Source: Pecten maximus
Lineage: Eukaryota
Reading direction: 5' to 3'
NCBI RefSeq assembly: GCF_902652985.1
Contig: NC_047022.1
Location: 14,880,001 to 14,944,000 of the forward strand
Length of the DNA stretch: 64,000 nt
Numbering within the stretch: position 1 is the first letter of the stretch; each line of letters starts with the position of its first letter. The notes under the pieces were generated by a model. The model saw nothing but the letters and a program-made list of their open reading frames with translations. It did not search any database and had not been told where the DNA came from. Positions 40,738-52,711 of the stretch are shown here, piece by piece. A program made the position numbers and the translations under genes.

Positions 40738-42864
40738 CGATCTACATTTTTCCTCACGTGCTCCATGCCACGTGATCTTTTGTTGACGTCATCAGGAATC
40801 GCGTTGAAGTCATCAATCCTGTTCAGGTTATGATTTGATTTACAAACAGTTACTGAATCTAGATCTGTTGTGGTATCGGAACCTTATTTACGATCCATCT
40901 AACGATTTGTCTCACATGGTTTCTATCGATGGTTTTTATATTGTTGGCTTTATTGTATCGGGGATGAACACAAAACAGTCTCTCAGAAACTTCCCAGTCC
41001 AAGGGTTTTGCCATTTTCGGCGGGAAGCACACATGCATACGTGAACCTAGTCCGCGATTGTTTTGTTTGTGCGCTAGAGACACTAGAGTTAAAAGAAAAA
41101 ACATCTAATTAATGTGGGTTTGTCATATAATTGTTCCAGAATAAACAATAAATGAAATAGTTAATTAGAATCCAAATATCGAATATCAATTAGGTACTTT
41201 TAATACCTTTCTAATATCACTACTCCTTATTTGCATATGCCACCAAACACATACGTATCCAAACTATGGAACTCACAACTCCGTAACAACAGGTCCCTCG
41301 ACTCGTGGTTGTTGGATATGAAATATATTTCACTCTCGCTAAAGCAAGTGTGTCTTTTTAACTTAAAAAAATAACATCGAGTAAAATACATATCATGTCC
41401 AACAAACATTTGTTATGTGACCATTATGTATACATAAAGCAACTAATCTAAGTTAGAGACATTATGCGAAAGTGTACAATTATTCATGGTTATGTATGAC
41501 TGTGTTTTTTTCATTTTCTTGACTGGTCGATTCTAAACCTCACCTTGCGCAAACATTATATCAACCCGAAATCAGCGCTCAGGTTGATATAGCACGAGTC
41601 CATACCCATTGATTGATTGATAGGGCTTAACGTCCTTGTTCCGGTTATAACCGAGCCTAGGACACTACCGTGTGTGGTTGTACGGGATTTCCCAACAGTC
41701 TCTGACGTTGAGATCAGAAATTTAACCAATCAGCACGCTTCTTGATAGGTTGTGCTGATAACCTTCATTGACAAGATGGTAAGCATCGGATTTTCCATAC
41801 ATATATACGTAGAACACTTTTTTTTATAACTGAAGGATTCCAAAAACACCTGACAAGCGACGGACGTCTCAGCGGAAAGAAGCCAACTGACACCTTGTCA
41901 GTCGCTGATTTTCCATATTTGGTGCCAAAGCTGAGAACGGCATGAATCGTTCACATTACAACTTTTTGTTATTGATTTCGTTACGATGACCAATCGGTCC
42001 TTTAGTATGGATTCCTGACATCAATATTATTCACGGTCCCGAATTCAATAGCTGAAATTGAAACACTTTTCAAGCTGCGACAGTCTTGAACGGCAGTGTT
42101 TTACATCGCCTTAAAAAGGTACTGTCATCTGCAACCCTGTTCATAGCCTAATTTGGATATTCGTTTATTTGAACTCAAAACATTAAAATCATCAATGAAT
42201 TTTGATTTATAACTGAGTTTGACTTTATTCTATTGAAATTCACACAGCCTACTATTGATCAGCCATATTCTTTCCATCTGGTTTTTTTTAACGACTGGTA
42301 AAAATGTCAAAATGTCGAGGGGAATTTTGTATCATAAACCAGTCATCAACCTGTTTTCCGGTGAATACAATGATTATCGACCCTCAAAAGTAATATTTCT
42401 TTTGGACTTCGAGACGAATAAACGTAGTTTAGCATTTATAAGTTTGAAAATTCACCGTATTCACCTGAAAACAGGTGGGAAATTGTATGATATATGTATT
42501 GTATAATATGCATTGTCATGTTGTACGTTGTCGATATTTAATTTCTTTCAACGGAAGACGTAGTCAAACATCTTATGAATCAGATCAACTCAAACAAACC
42601 AGTCATATAAATATCACATTTTATGCATATTATATTTTTTACACGTGTAAAAACAATTTGATTGTTTTAAAATATTCAACTAACGCTAAATTCTACAACA
42701 ATGTATAGGTGTTGTGTGTACGATGTGAAGAGTTCCATCCCTTACAGACTCGCTCTCCACACTCTTGTTTCACGCTGTCATTTATACATGTACAAATGTA
42801 CTGGTAACATTAAAACAGTGATAACATAACAATATGAAATAGCAAATATGTTAGAAAGGAAATA

Positions 42865-44359
42865 TCAGTCGGACTCTGCAATATCGTTAATTTGCATCAA
42901 AAGTGCACCCACGTCTGTCAAATCCCACGGGATTTCGTACTCTGTCGCCTCTCGCTTGAGGACAGGTTTTGTGGGTACTTTTTTAATTTTATTAGTGTCC
43001 GTGTCCGCTGTGATAGGGTATGGTTGACTGGTATGTTCTTCTGGTATATCTGAGGGATTATGTCGCGACTTTTTCACTTTCCCAGTCTCTCTAGATTCTG
43101 ATTTGACAGGTACGTTCATATCCTTTCCCTTAAGAGGTGGTCCATTGTCTAAATGACGTTTCCTGTGTTCGTTTTTCCCCGAGGAATTTTCAGTTTCTTG
43201 ATTAGGTTTGAACACGATCCTGTCATGACGTCCTCGTCTCCTATCTCGGACTGATGCCATGTTATTGTCAACAAATATCGTTGTTACCTCCTTTCCCCGT
43301 ACACTATGCCTCCTTTTGTATTCCTCATCCAGATCGATTGATTTTTCAATAACAGAGAAGCTCCTACCAGAGACAGACTTAGATTGATTACTACTAGCTA
43401 TATCAGGCACATATCTGTCCTCTATTACCACTGCTACGGATTCGGGTTTGTCTTGCTGTAAATGTCTCTCATGTGAACTTAATGATGGGTCTTTCTTTGT
43501 TTCCGGTCTATCTGCCATTGTTTTCCTCTCTTGTGAGCCAGACGGTAATTCCTCGGTTATCACCTGAATTGTATCCTCCTCTTCCACACTGGTGGTATGT
43601 ATTTTTAGAATTTTACCCTTACTTGTTCCCGGACGGACATCTTCAACCTGGTCACTGCGATATTGTGGGGAGAATTGCCTGCTACCTTCACTTGGAACTG
43701 TTTCCTGACTAGTTACTATTCTAGAATCACTAACTTTTGAAATCTGTTTATATTCTGAATCATTATACTGGTTAGCTTCATAGTTGACGACATCATTTCT
43801 CGGTCCTCCAGTTTCCTGCTTATCAGCTAATATACTTTTATCCTTCGGAACATCACTACCCTGCCCTGTTCTACCAGAACCGTCTTTATCTAACACTGCT
43901 TTTACCTCACCGTTGCCTGTTGAGATCTTTGGCACCTCACCACCGGTCCGACTTTCGAGTGACAATGCTATATTCTTTTCTATCCCGGCCATTTGTGATA
44001 CGTCAAATTTGACGACTCCTTCAAGTTTAAACACCACCACATTGCTGTCTTTGTCGGTGCTGGATATCTTACGGTTGTTAGGTCTAGAATGACCTAATTC
44101 TTCGTCGTCAACGAAGGCTGGATTCAGTTGACCTTCTCCCGAAAACAGGGAAAGGTCAACATCTGAGAGGTCATCAGCCTTACCCGCTTCACGTTTTTCA
44201 TCCAGAGTTGGTTTTGTGCGTTTTGGAATCGTTTTTCCGTTTCTGATTTCTAATGGCTCGAGCTTTTTCAAGTTTGTTACGTGTGAAAAATTCTCGCTAT
44301 TCATGGAAATTCTCTGTACATTGTTGTTGTCGCTGTCTGTTCCATTGTCCTTACGGCGG
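42865..44359 (-). CDS. Single-pass membrane protein, last coding exon (polar, probably disordered cytoplasmic tail, ~497 aa)
   Basis: 1.44-kb stop-free ORF extending upstream to acceptor TAACATTCCAG|C (phase 2). It reads S-RRKDNGTDSDNNNVQRIS-MNSENF... in frame with the TM exon. Confidence 0.85.
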
Positions 44360-44779
44360 CTGGAATGTTATACAGATATTGAATCAGCCGAGGTAAACAA
44401 TCTGACACAGTTTTTTTAATATCAAATAGGAAATTGATTTGGTTCTTTAAAGTCTCTACCTTTTATCTACAAAAGTTAAAATCGAGCACTGACTTCCTTA
44501 TTTAACTACACAGTGTCGATTGCAATTCATTGTTGAACTTATTATTATTTCATGAAACCCAAGGGAAGTCTTTACTTTTCTTATTGCTAATTTAGCGGTA
44601 CATGGCGATCGATTATAGTCTACACTTGCTGTTTCTGACAATAAACACACGAACGGTCTGGATATAAAGGCTGCCATCGCATGCACAAAGCTTACCTGAT
44701 AGAAAATATTAACCTATAAGATAAATTAAACGTTAAAATATTAAGGATAAGTTAGAAAGAAGCATTGAGGAAAACCTAC

Positions 44780-44873
44780 CTGAAGAAGCAGTATGCCACA
44801 AAGAATACCAGAATTGCTGCTAGAATCACCCCTCCTATCGATAGACCGACAGCTAATCCACTGCCGTTGGTAC
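44780..44873 (-). CDS. Single-pass membrane protein, transmembrane exon
   Basis: TTTCCAG| 94 nt |GTAGGT, encoding (G)TNGSGLAVGLSIGGVILAAILVFFVAYCFF(S), phase 1 in and phase 2 out. It is absent from the ORF track. Confidence 0.85.
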
Positions 44874-45199
44874 CTGGAAACATAGGCAAATGCATATGCT
44901 ACGTGTAATAAAAAATATTGATACGGTAAAATTTGCTCTTGTCTAATTTGAATTTATTTATCGGTCAGTATGCATGTATCAATAAGGAAAATATATAATA
45001 TGCCGTATTTATAAAACTTTTATTTTTCGGTATGCATGAACCGTTCATAGACATATTTAAATTATTACCTGGATTCAGAAAAAAAAACTTCCTAGGTATA
45101 GGAAGAAATTAACTTGTGATCTAAATCCTAGTCACTTTACCAACTTCATGATGTTTCCTGATCAAAGACATATTTTGTCTTACGTCCTGTTCATTGAAG

Positions 45200-46050
45200 C
45201 ACTTTACTGTGTGCCCTGGTCACAGAAACACTTTACTGTGTGTCCTGGTCAGTATTTTACTATGTGTCCTGGTCAAAGACACACTTTACTGTGTGTCCTG
45301 GTCATAGAAACCCTTTACTGTGTGTCCTGGTCACAGCCACACTTTACTATGTGTCCTGGTCACAGAAACACTTTACTGTGTGTCCTGGTCAGTACTTTAC
45401 TATGTGTCTTGGTCAAAGACACGCTTTACTATGTGTCCTGGTCATAGAAACACTTTATTGTGTGTCCTGGTCAAAGACACGTTTTACTATGTGTCCTGGT
45501 CACAGACACACTTTAGTATGTGTCCTGGTCACAGAAACACTTTACTGTGTGTCCTGGTCATAGAAACACTTTACTGTGTGTCCTGGTCATAGAAACACTT
45601 TACTGTGTGTCCTGGTCAGTACTTTACTATGTGTCCTGGTCACAGCCAAACTTTACTGTGTGTCCTGGTCACAGACACACTTTACTATGTGTCCTGGTCA
45701 CAGAAACACTTTACTATGTATCCTGATCACAGACACATTTTACAATGTGTCCTAATCACAAACACATTTTACTATGTGTCCTAATTACAAACACACTTTA
45801 CTATGTGTCCTGGTCACAGAAACACTTTACTGTGTGTCCTGGTCATAGAAACACTTTACTGTGTGTCCTGGTCACAGCCAAACTTTACTGTGTGTCCTGG
45901 TCACAGACACACTGTACTATGTGTCCTGGTTACAGAAACAATTTACTATGTATCCTGGTCACAGACACATTTTACTATGTGTCCTAATCACAAACACATT
46001 TTACTATGTGTCCTAATCACAAACACATTTTACTATGTGTCCTGGTCACA
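45200..46050. repeat. 29-bp minisatellite (TGTGTCCTGGTCACAGAAACACTTTACTA) with 24-bp deletion variants, ~29 copies, intronic
   Basis: Direct periodicity. Confidence 0.95.
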
Positions 46051-46244
46051 TAAATGTTTTAGACTCTGTGCATCTTTTCATTGTAATATTTCACAGTGAG
46101 TCTTTATTTCAGAAGACATTACGGGAAAATAATGACGTGAAAATAAAATTGCATTTCAAACCCATTTATGAACCTATATGGCCTAAGGATACAATTAAAA
46201 AGGACAAGGTGATCAACACGAGGATTTTATTATGTGAATGTCTC

Positions 46245-46400
46245 TGTCCGACCACGCGAGTTTTCCCTCGGTATTCGGGGTTCAATCCACAGTAGGAGCC
46301 CACATGCGCTTCTATCTGATTAATATAACATGATATAACTTGTTTCGCATTAGCGACAGCGAAACCACAAGGCACACTATATATATTTAAACTGTCCTTT
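46245..46400 (+). mobile_element. Possible decayed SINE central domain
   Basis: GCGAGTTTTCCCTCGGTATTCGGGGTTCAATCCACA resembles the GGTTTTCTCCGGGTACTCCGGTTTCCTCCCACA V-type domain. Confidence 0.35.
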
Positions 46401-47521
46401 AACAGTTAACTGTTGACCACACTGTATCATCAATCTCTTCCCTCAGCCCAATCCCTCCATTGTAACCATCTGGGTCAACAAGATCGATTAGAAAACAATT
46501 CGGTGACTTGTATTTCCTCCATATCCACTTATTTCCGCTTGTCTGTCAGCTGGGGTATTGCTGATAACCTTATACAAGTAATTAAATGTGTAACATATAC
46601 AGTTTATCAAAGTGTATGGTATCCACCCTGATCTGATTGAGAAAAACCCTTCCTTGTAGCGTTCCGCCTGTGTAATTCTTTGAGTGTCGCAGTAAGGTAG
46701 TTTCATCCCCACTACGCCGGGGTGCATTTAGAGAAGGTGATGTATCTTTGATTTGAAATAGAAACATAGGTCACTCACTTCTCCAAAGAAACATAATTGT
46801 TATCGTTTTTTCAGGGTTGTCAATGTGAATCTACATTTTACTTATATAATGCTCTCGTATCATATGTAATCAGTTTGTATTAAGGTTACATGGAATGACC
46901 TTGTGCTATATTCGGTGACTGTTTTGATCAATATTCTTAGTGCTTCTTATACTGTAATATAAACATTTGGTGCCACGGTATCTCATTGCCTCAATTTTAA
47001 TCTGTGCTGCATCTGTGAGCGGATAGATATTGTAAAGATCACGCATGGCGTGATTGTTACGCCACTTTGATCAACGCCAGCTATGCGCTACGAAGGCATC
47101 AAACGCAGCGAGAGCTCTTATCGAGATCAACTGCGTTACTTTGACGTCATTTTGGCGCTATGTTGATCATCGTCACGGCAAGGCTTTGTACTGTTGCGAA
47201 TCAATCACAGAAAGGAATGCTATTTAAGATGCTATTATTTTAAATGAATATACAGGAAAATGGGTGAAAATAAAGGACGTATTTATTTAGGAAAGACAGA
47301 TTTTATCATACGTTAATGTAAATGTAACAACTAAACGCTTATTAGATTGTATTTATTGGTACAAGTGTCTAATTGTTAAATGATCAAACTAATATTATTT
47401 TTGTACTGGCAATATCTATTGTAAAACCCTTACAAAATGTCATCTTTTACAGTAAGTATGATAACATTAATCTTGACTGTAACTATGCTAAGATGTTTTA
47501 ACAGAATGATATAACTATTAC

Positions 47522-47615
47522 CACTGTTGTCACCATTTTGTGTTAGGCCTGCCGTAGTGACGTCATTTGGCGTTAGTCCTGCCGTACTGGACGTTTCTGA
47601 GCTTGTGTTACTCAT
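47522..47615 (-). CDS. Single-pass membrane protein, first coding exon (Ser/Thr-rich ectodomain)
   Basis: MSNTSSETSSTAGLTPNDVTTAGLTQNGDNS+G|GTAAT (phase 1) joins the TM exon in frame. There is an in-frame TAA just upstream of the ATG and an exon acceptor TTGTTCTTTTACAG| at 47643. Confidence 0.7.
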
Positions 47616-47793
47616 TTGCACAACAGCTTAAAGCATCCATGTCTGTAAAAGAACAAAGGGCGGTTTATGAAAGTTGATCATATCACGAAATTCACACTTT
47701 GATCACGAGATGTAGGTATTGGCCACATGTATATCATAGATACATGACCATGGTGTTTTAGGATGGGAGTATACAATGTATATGGAGCTCGCT

Positions 47794-48061
47794 AAAGGCT
47801 TCCGATATCAGTGATAATAACACAATTCTACACACTATCAGACTAATGTTACCGATTGGAAAGCTAATCTGGCCATAGTTTGTAATAGAAATATTACAAT
47901 ACGGTATAAGTAATGACTTATGATGTGAGTATATATGAAGCTTGAGAAAGGCTTCCAATATCGGTGATAATAACGAAGATCTACACACAGTGACACTATC
48001 GGGCTAATTTTTCTGTTGGAAAGCTAATCTGACCATAGTTTATAATAGAAATATGACAATA
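47794..48061. repeat. Diverged ~155-bp tandem duplication
   Basis: AAAGGCTTCC.ATATC.GTGATAATAAC...TTGGAAAGCTAATCTG.CCATAGTTT.TAATAGAAATAT occurs twice. Confidence 0.85.
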
Positions 48062-49845
48062 TTGTACAAATATTGACTTTTGATACTTCATCATCAGTAA
48101 ATATTTTTTTCGTGGCGAACAGTCGTGTATTGACCGAACTAAAAAGGATATACATACTGTAGTAGTTTTATCAGAAATTGACTATTTTGATTTACAAAAA
48201 TCAACGAATACACTATTGGGTTTATTAATAGAGACAGACTTGTGAAGCATTTATAAATATCTTTGAAACAATACATTTGTCTATATACTCGAGTACGAAT
48301 ATACTCATTTGTCAATGTGGAGCGCACGAGATTAGATGTAGAGCGCCCGATAAACTATGTTGAGCGCTCGAATAAATTGATATACTTGTATAAAAAAAAT
48401 TATATTGTCATTTTTCTAACTATACAACTGAACAAATCAGTAAACCTATACATTGAAATACGATCAGTACACTACACATTGTTTAAGAAAACAATCCATA
48501 ACACAATGGCTTTGTATACGACACATACAAAGCCAGACATGACTAAATACATACCCACAGGAGGTAGATCAGTAGGTACTGAGAAGGCTATTTACGTGGT
48601 GGATTTGTACAGGTTTTAGCATTGGGCATATGGTTCCTATGGACAGGCGAGTAATATAGATATAAGACAGAAATAAGCATTTGTCTATAAATATACAGGT
48701 GATAGTCATGTCTTAGTGGCATATACACTATTTATTGTATAACCTGAAATATCCACAACTAGTTTATTACATTAGTTTAAGGTTTTCAAACAGCGATTTT
48801 GTTACAAATATGTATATTGGTCCAATCTGTTGAATAACAGATATATCAGGTGTGTATATGAACAGTTCTTCGTTAGCATTTCGTTCCCCAAAGAAAACGA
48901 TGAGTTCAAATTAATTTACTTGGGCACGCTGATGCCAGCAGTGTCATTTTGCTTCCCGTCCAAGACAATGATTAGCGGTGCTGGTTTGTTGTGATGAACT
49001 ACCTATATCAAAACCTATCACTTCATGTATAATTAAAGAAATTCTGTGTACCTTCGAATAAGAAATTTCCCATCAAACATCACTTTAGATTGGAAAAGGA
49101 GGCATCTGTTCTTAATTCCCCGTTGACATTCTAACTAATGCATGGAACTTCGGTGAGGCGTGTTTCATCCTATCCGTGAACTATTGTGTGATGATTAGGG
49201 GAAACAAATCTTATCAGAGATAACCTTGCCACAACATCAATAAATTATCAAACGTATTAATGATACATCTGGATGTCCTTCGATAAATACAAACCACACA
49301 CAAGATATTAACACTGTTCCATACAAATTGAGTGTTAGCTACAGTAGAGACAAAATTAATTAATTCAATTGCAACATAACTAGTCATCCATGCGTTATAT
49401 TTACATAAAATTTCTTCAATACTAATGTCCTTTAATTGGTCCCAAACTAACAATTAAATGGCGAATGATGGCCAAAAACTCGAACCATTTGACAGTTAAA
49501 GAGTTGGAGGAAAGAGGGAACAGGGCGTTTGTTTCTAACCCACGTTGCAGTCGAGGGAAATTTAAACCACAAACTTATTGGCTATGCTACACTGCAAATC
49601 TCCCTTTGGTAACAGCACGTTAGTTTGTGTCTAGTGCATTAAAACACATGTCTAGTTACATTCTAAGGAAATAGTATAATCATTGATCATAGCATATGAA
49701 AACTGTTTACTCAATGAAATGTATGTCAAATAATTACTCTGATAACTATTTATGAAAGTACAGTTTCTATATCAGATGAAATATATGTGTTACTAATTAG
49801 AAATTATCGGTCGAAGTAAAATGCCTGTACATAAAAATGTATATG

Positions 49846-51900
49846 CTACTGTATATCCAAACTGGTCGTGATGAAAACTGTAACTAAACACCATGTCAAA
49901 AATATAGCGTTAACACTATTAATGTTCATGCATTTTGATATCTTGTTAAACCTGTTTACATAGTATGCCATGTTTAAATTGAACGTATTGTAAATATAAT
50001 ACATACTTAAAACACGGACACAGTCAAATGGCATACAGGAAGATTTAATTGTAATTTTATACATGCCTCATATTGGAATCATAATTACAATTAAAACTCA
50101 CACGATAATGTTGGAGCTGCAGTAAGTAATTAGTGATTTGAATTTTAAGCCCTAACATTGAGTTTACACGTGGAGGTGTCCAACAGCACAATACTTTATC
50201 ATTCCGGTCTGTATTTGTAATCAGATATTCATAGTGCATATAATGTATAATCTTAATGGCCGAGAGTCACATGGACACACATACACACAGAAACGTGTGT
50301 AGTGGAATTAATAAAATTAAATATTAAACTAAATGAAGTATATTATACTTACGTGTCATTATTTGTAGCATGTATCAAAATGATCACGTACATGTAAATG
50401 GTAAATCCAGAATCGTTCTGCATGGTTGCACATTATGTATGATACAGTACACTCCAATAAACACAGTCGTATATACACTGTACGCGTGTTTGACCCCATG
50501 CAAAGTATTTATATATCATACCTGAATAATTTAAACTGCCTTTCTATATTCAAGAACATATAGATTTATAAATGGTATACATCACGTGTACACTCAACAG
50601 GTGTGCCGATGGCGTACATAACAATCAATGTACAATAGACTTACCTATTGTTTATCACAGGTAAGGCCTGACATGACCGTTCGTCATCACACATGTGTGA
50701 AAATCAAGCATACACCATGGTTACCACACCTGTACCACACCTGTACCACGCCTGTGTGGAGGTACGGGTGTGTCAGACCGGATGTATCCTCCTCCTAGCC
50801 CTCCCTCAGCTATAAATAGATCCACAAAATGGCTCTCCTACAAGTCTGATGTTCCTCATACAGACTTGGATTATCGATTCCCAGGAACAATCTGACAGTT
50901 ACACGTGTGGATATCAAATAGAACGAGACCTTGTGTGGCAGATCTCCCTTCAATTGTTAATCCACGACAACTCTCGGAATAACATCAACATATACGATGT
51001 GGCTCGGCTGTGATATAAAACAGAGTGCAAACCCTGATCACATATAGCATTATCCTGCTTTCATATTACGGGTGTAACTTATCGCGGGCGGACTGGTCTA
51101 CCGGGTAGGGGTCACATTACCCAATTGTTCAAGTAGAAAAACCAGGTTTAAATAGATCACATAGCTCCATTATTAGTAAAACAAACAAACCTACCTTTAT
51201 GTGTTAAAATCCAAGATCTTGCTTATCAAATGTCAGTAGGTGGTTTGATTTTTAAACGATACGACAGAAATATTTCAGGCGAATACCACTAGAAGGAAAT
51301 ATTTATTTTATAGAGGACGCCTACTGGTACGGAACGAAATGAATTGCGGATAATACTTTACACAAAATGTTGACAGCATAAAAGATGAATATAGACTCGT
51401 CGCAACCAGTCCCCATATACACTCAGTGTATGGTTATGTTACATGATATGTGATGAAAATGGATAGTGTAGGTCACACTTAAAAGGACAGGACGCTTACA
51501 AGATATTTATATAGTAGTCTAGATAACTTTCACAGCGATATGATGTAAAATTATATTGTAACTGTATTCACTCGAATTTTATAATAAAATTGTATTTACA
51601 ACAACAGTCCTCCAAAAAGTAGTATTTATACAGGTTTTTTTAAAAGGGAATATTCCATTGATATAGCAAAATAAATCATGACGTTTATCGTGACTATAAT
51701 TTCATTGCAATTGTGATTCCAATACAAGGTGTTATAAAATTTCTATTGTAGATATGCCATTCGACTTGGTCCGTATGTACAGTATTCAAAACGCGTTTAT
51801 TTTATGCATGGCAAAATACGTTTACAGATTTAACAAGAAGCTTGATTTTTGACATGACGCTTAGTTACAGTTTCCATCACGACCAGATTGGATAGACAGC
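49846..51900. repeat. Diverged long inverted repeat (arms ~49846-50110 and ~51675-51900)
   Basis: Collinear reverse-complement matches, e.g. TCCAAACTGGTCGTGATGAAAACTGTAACTAA vs TTAGTTACAGTTTCCATCACGACCAGATTGGA, and TATTGGAATCATAATTACAAT vs ATTGCAATTGTGATTCCAATA. Confidence 0.8.
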
Positions 51901-52498
51901 ACCATGTTTATAAAAAGCGATTATTAACTGTGTTTGAGAGCAGGCAAATATGTCCGTTTCTTTTGTCAAACAATTTTTAAAAGGTGCATATCACTGAGCA
52001 TTCAGTGCCGTTCACTATCCGGTGATTGGACGGAAGTTTGAAGCCGGTTTTCAAATTATCACGCCGCATTTCGATCAGATATCTTTAATTTTTAATTAGG
52101 TAGTCTCAGGCGACGAGTGATACCCTATCCATTCATCCCTTTAAAGACTCCTTCCAAAAAAGAGGTGACGCTGTTAATTGTAAAGTGAAAATAAATTTCA
52201 TTGTGAAATTCCAAAAACCGCATTATTCGCAAAGAAATTATGGAATTTACGACTGATTAGAAAATAACGATATTCCCATAAATAAAAACGGGGCAATAAA
52301 GATCTTTATAATGAACCAAAAAAAACTTAAAACCGTATTAATATCAAATTTCCTCAGCAACATCCTCCACGTAAAGCAAGCAAAAACTAATGAACATCAA
52401 AACACAGACGTAAGAGCCGGAGTAGAAACAATAGCTACTAGCTACACAAGCATTATTGATAATGTGAGCGTTTAAATATTAGATGTCTGTAGCCTTGT

Positions 52499-52711
52499 GA
52501 GAACGGGTGTCAAGGTCACACCAACATCCAGGGTCAAATGAGAACGTGTGTCAAGGTCACACCAACATCCAGGGTCAAATGAGAACGTGTGTCAAGGTCA
52601 CACCAACATCCAGGTCAAATGAGAACGGGTGTCAAGCTCACACCAACATCCAGGGTCAAATGAGAACGGGTGTCAAGGTCACACCAACAGTCAGGGTCAA
52701 ATGAGAACGGG
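52499..52711. repeat. 41-bp tandem repeat (GAGAACGGGTGTCAAGGTCACACCAACATCCAGGGTCAAAT), 5 copies
   Basis: Direct periodicity. Confidence 0.95.

Noticed and set aside
40179-40786. Two near-identical ORFs on opposite strands
   Set aside because: Mirror images produced by the MITE's inverted arms, with no transposase motifs.
43473-44419. Plus-strand ORFs overlapping the large exon
   Set aside because: Antisense shadows of the real minus-strand CDS.
47040-47210. Weak inverted symmetry around GAGAGCTCTT
   Set aside because: Too degenerate to define ends or a TSD.
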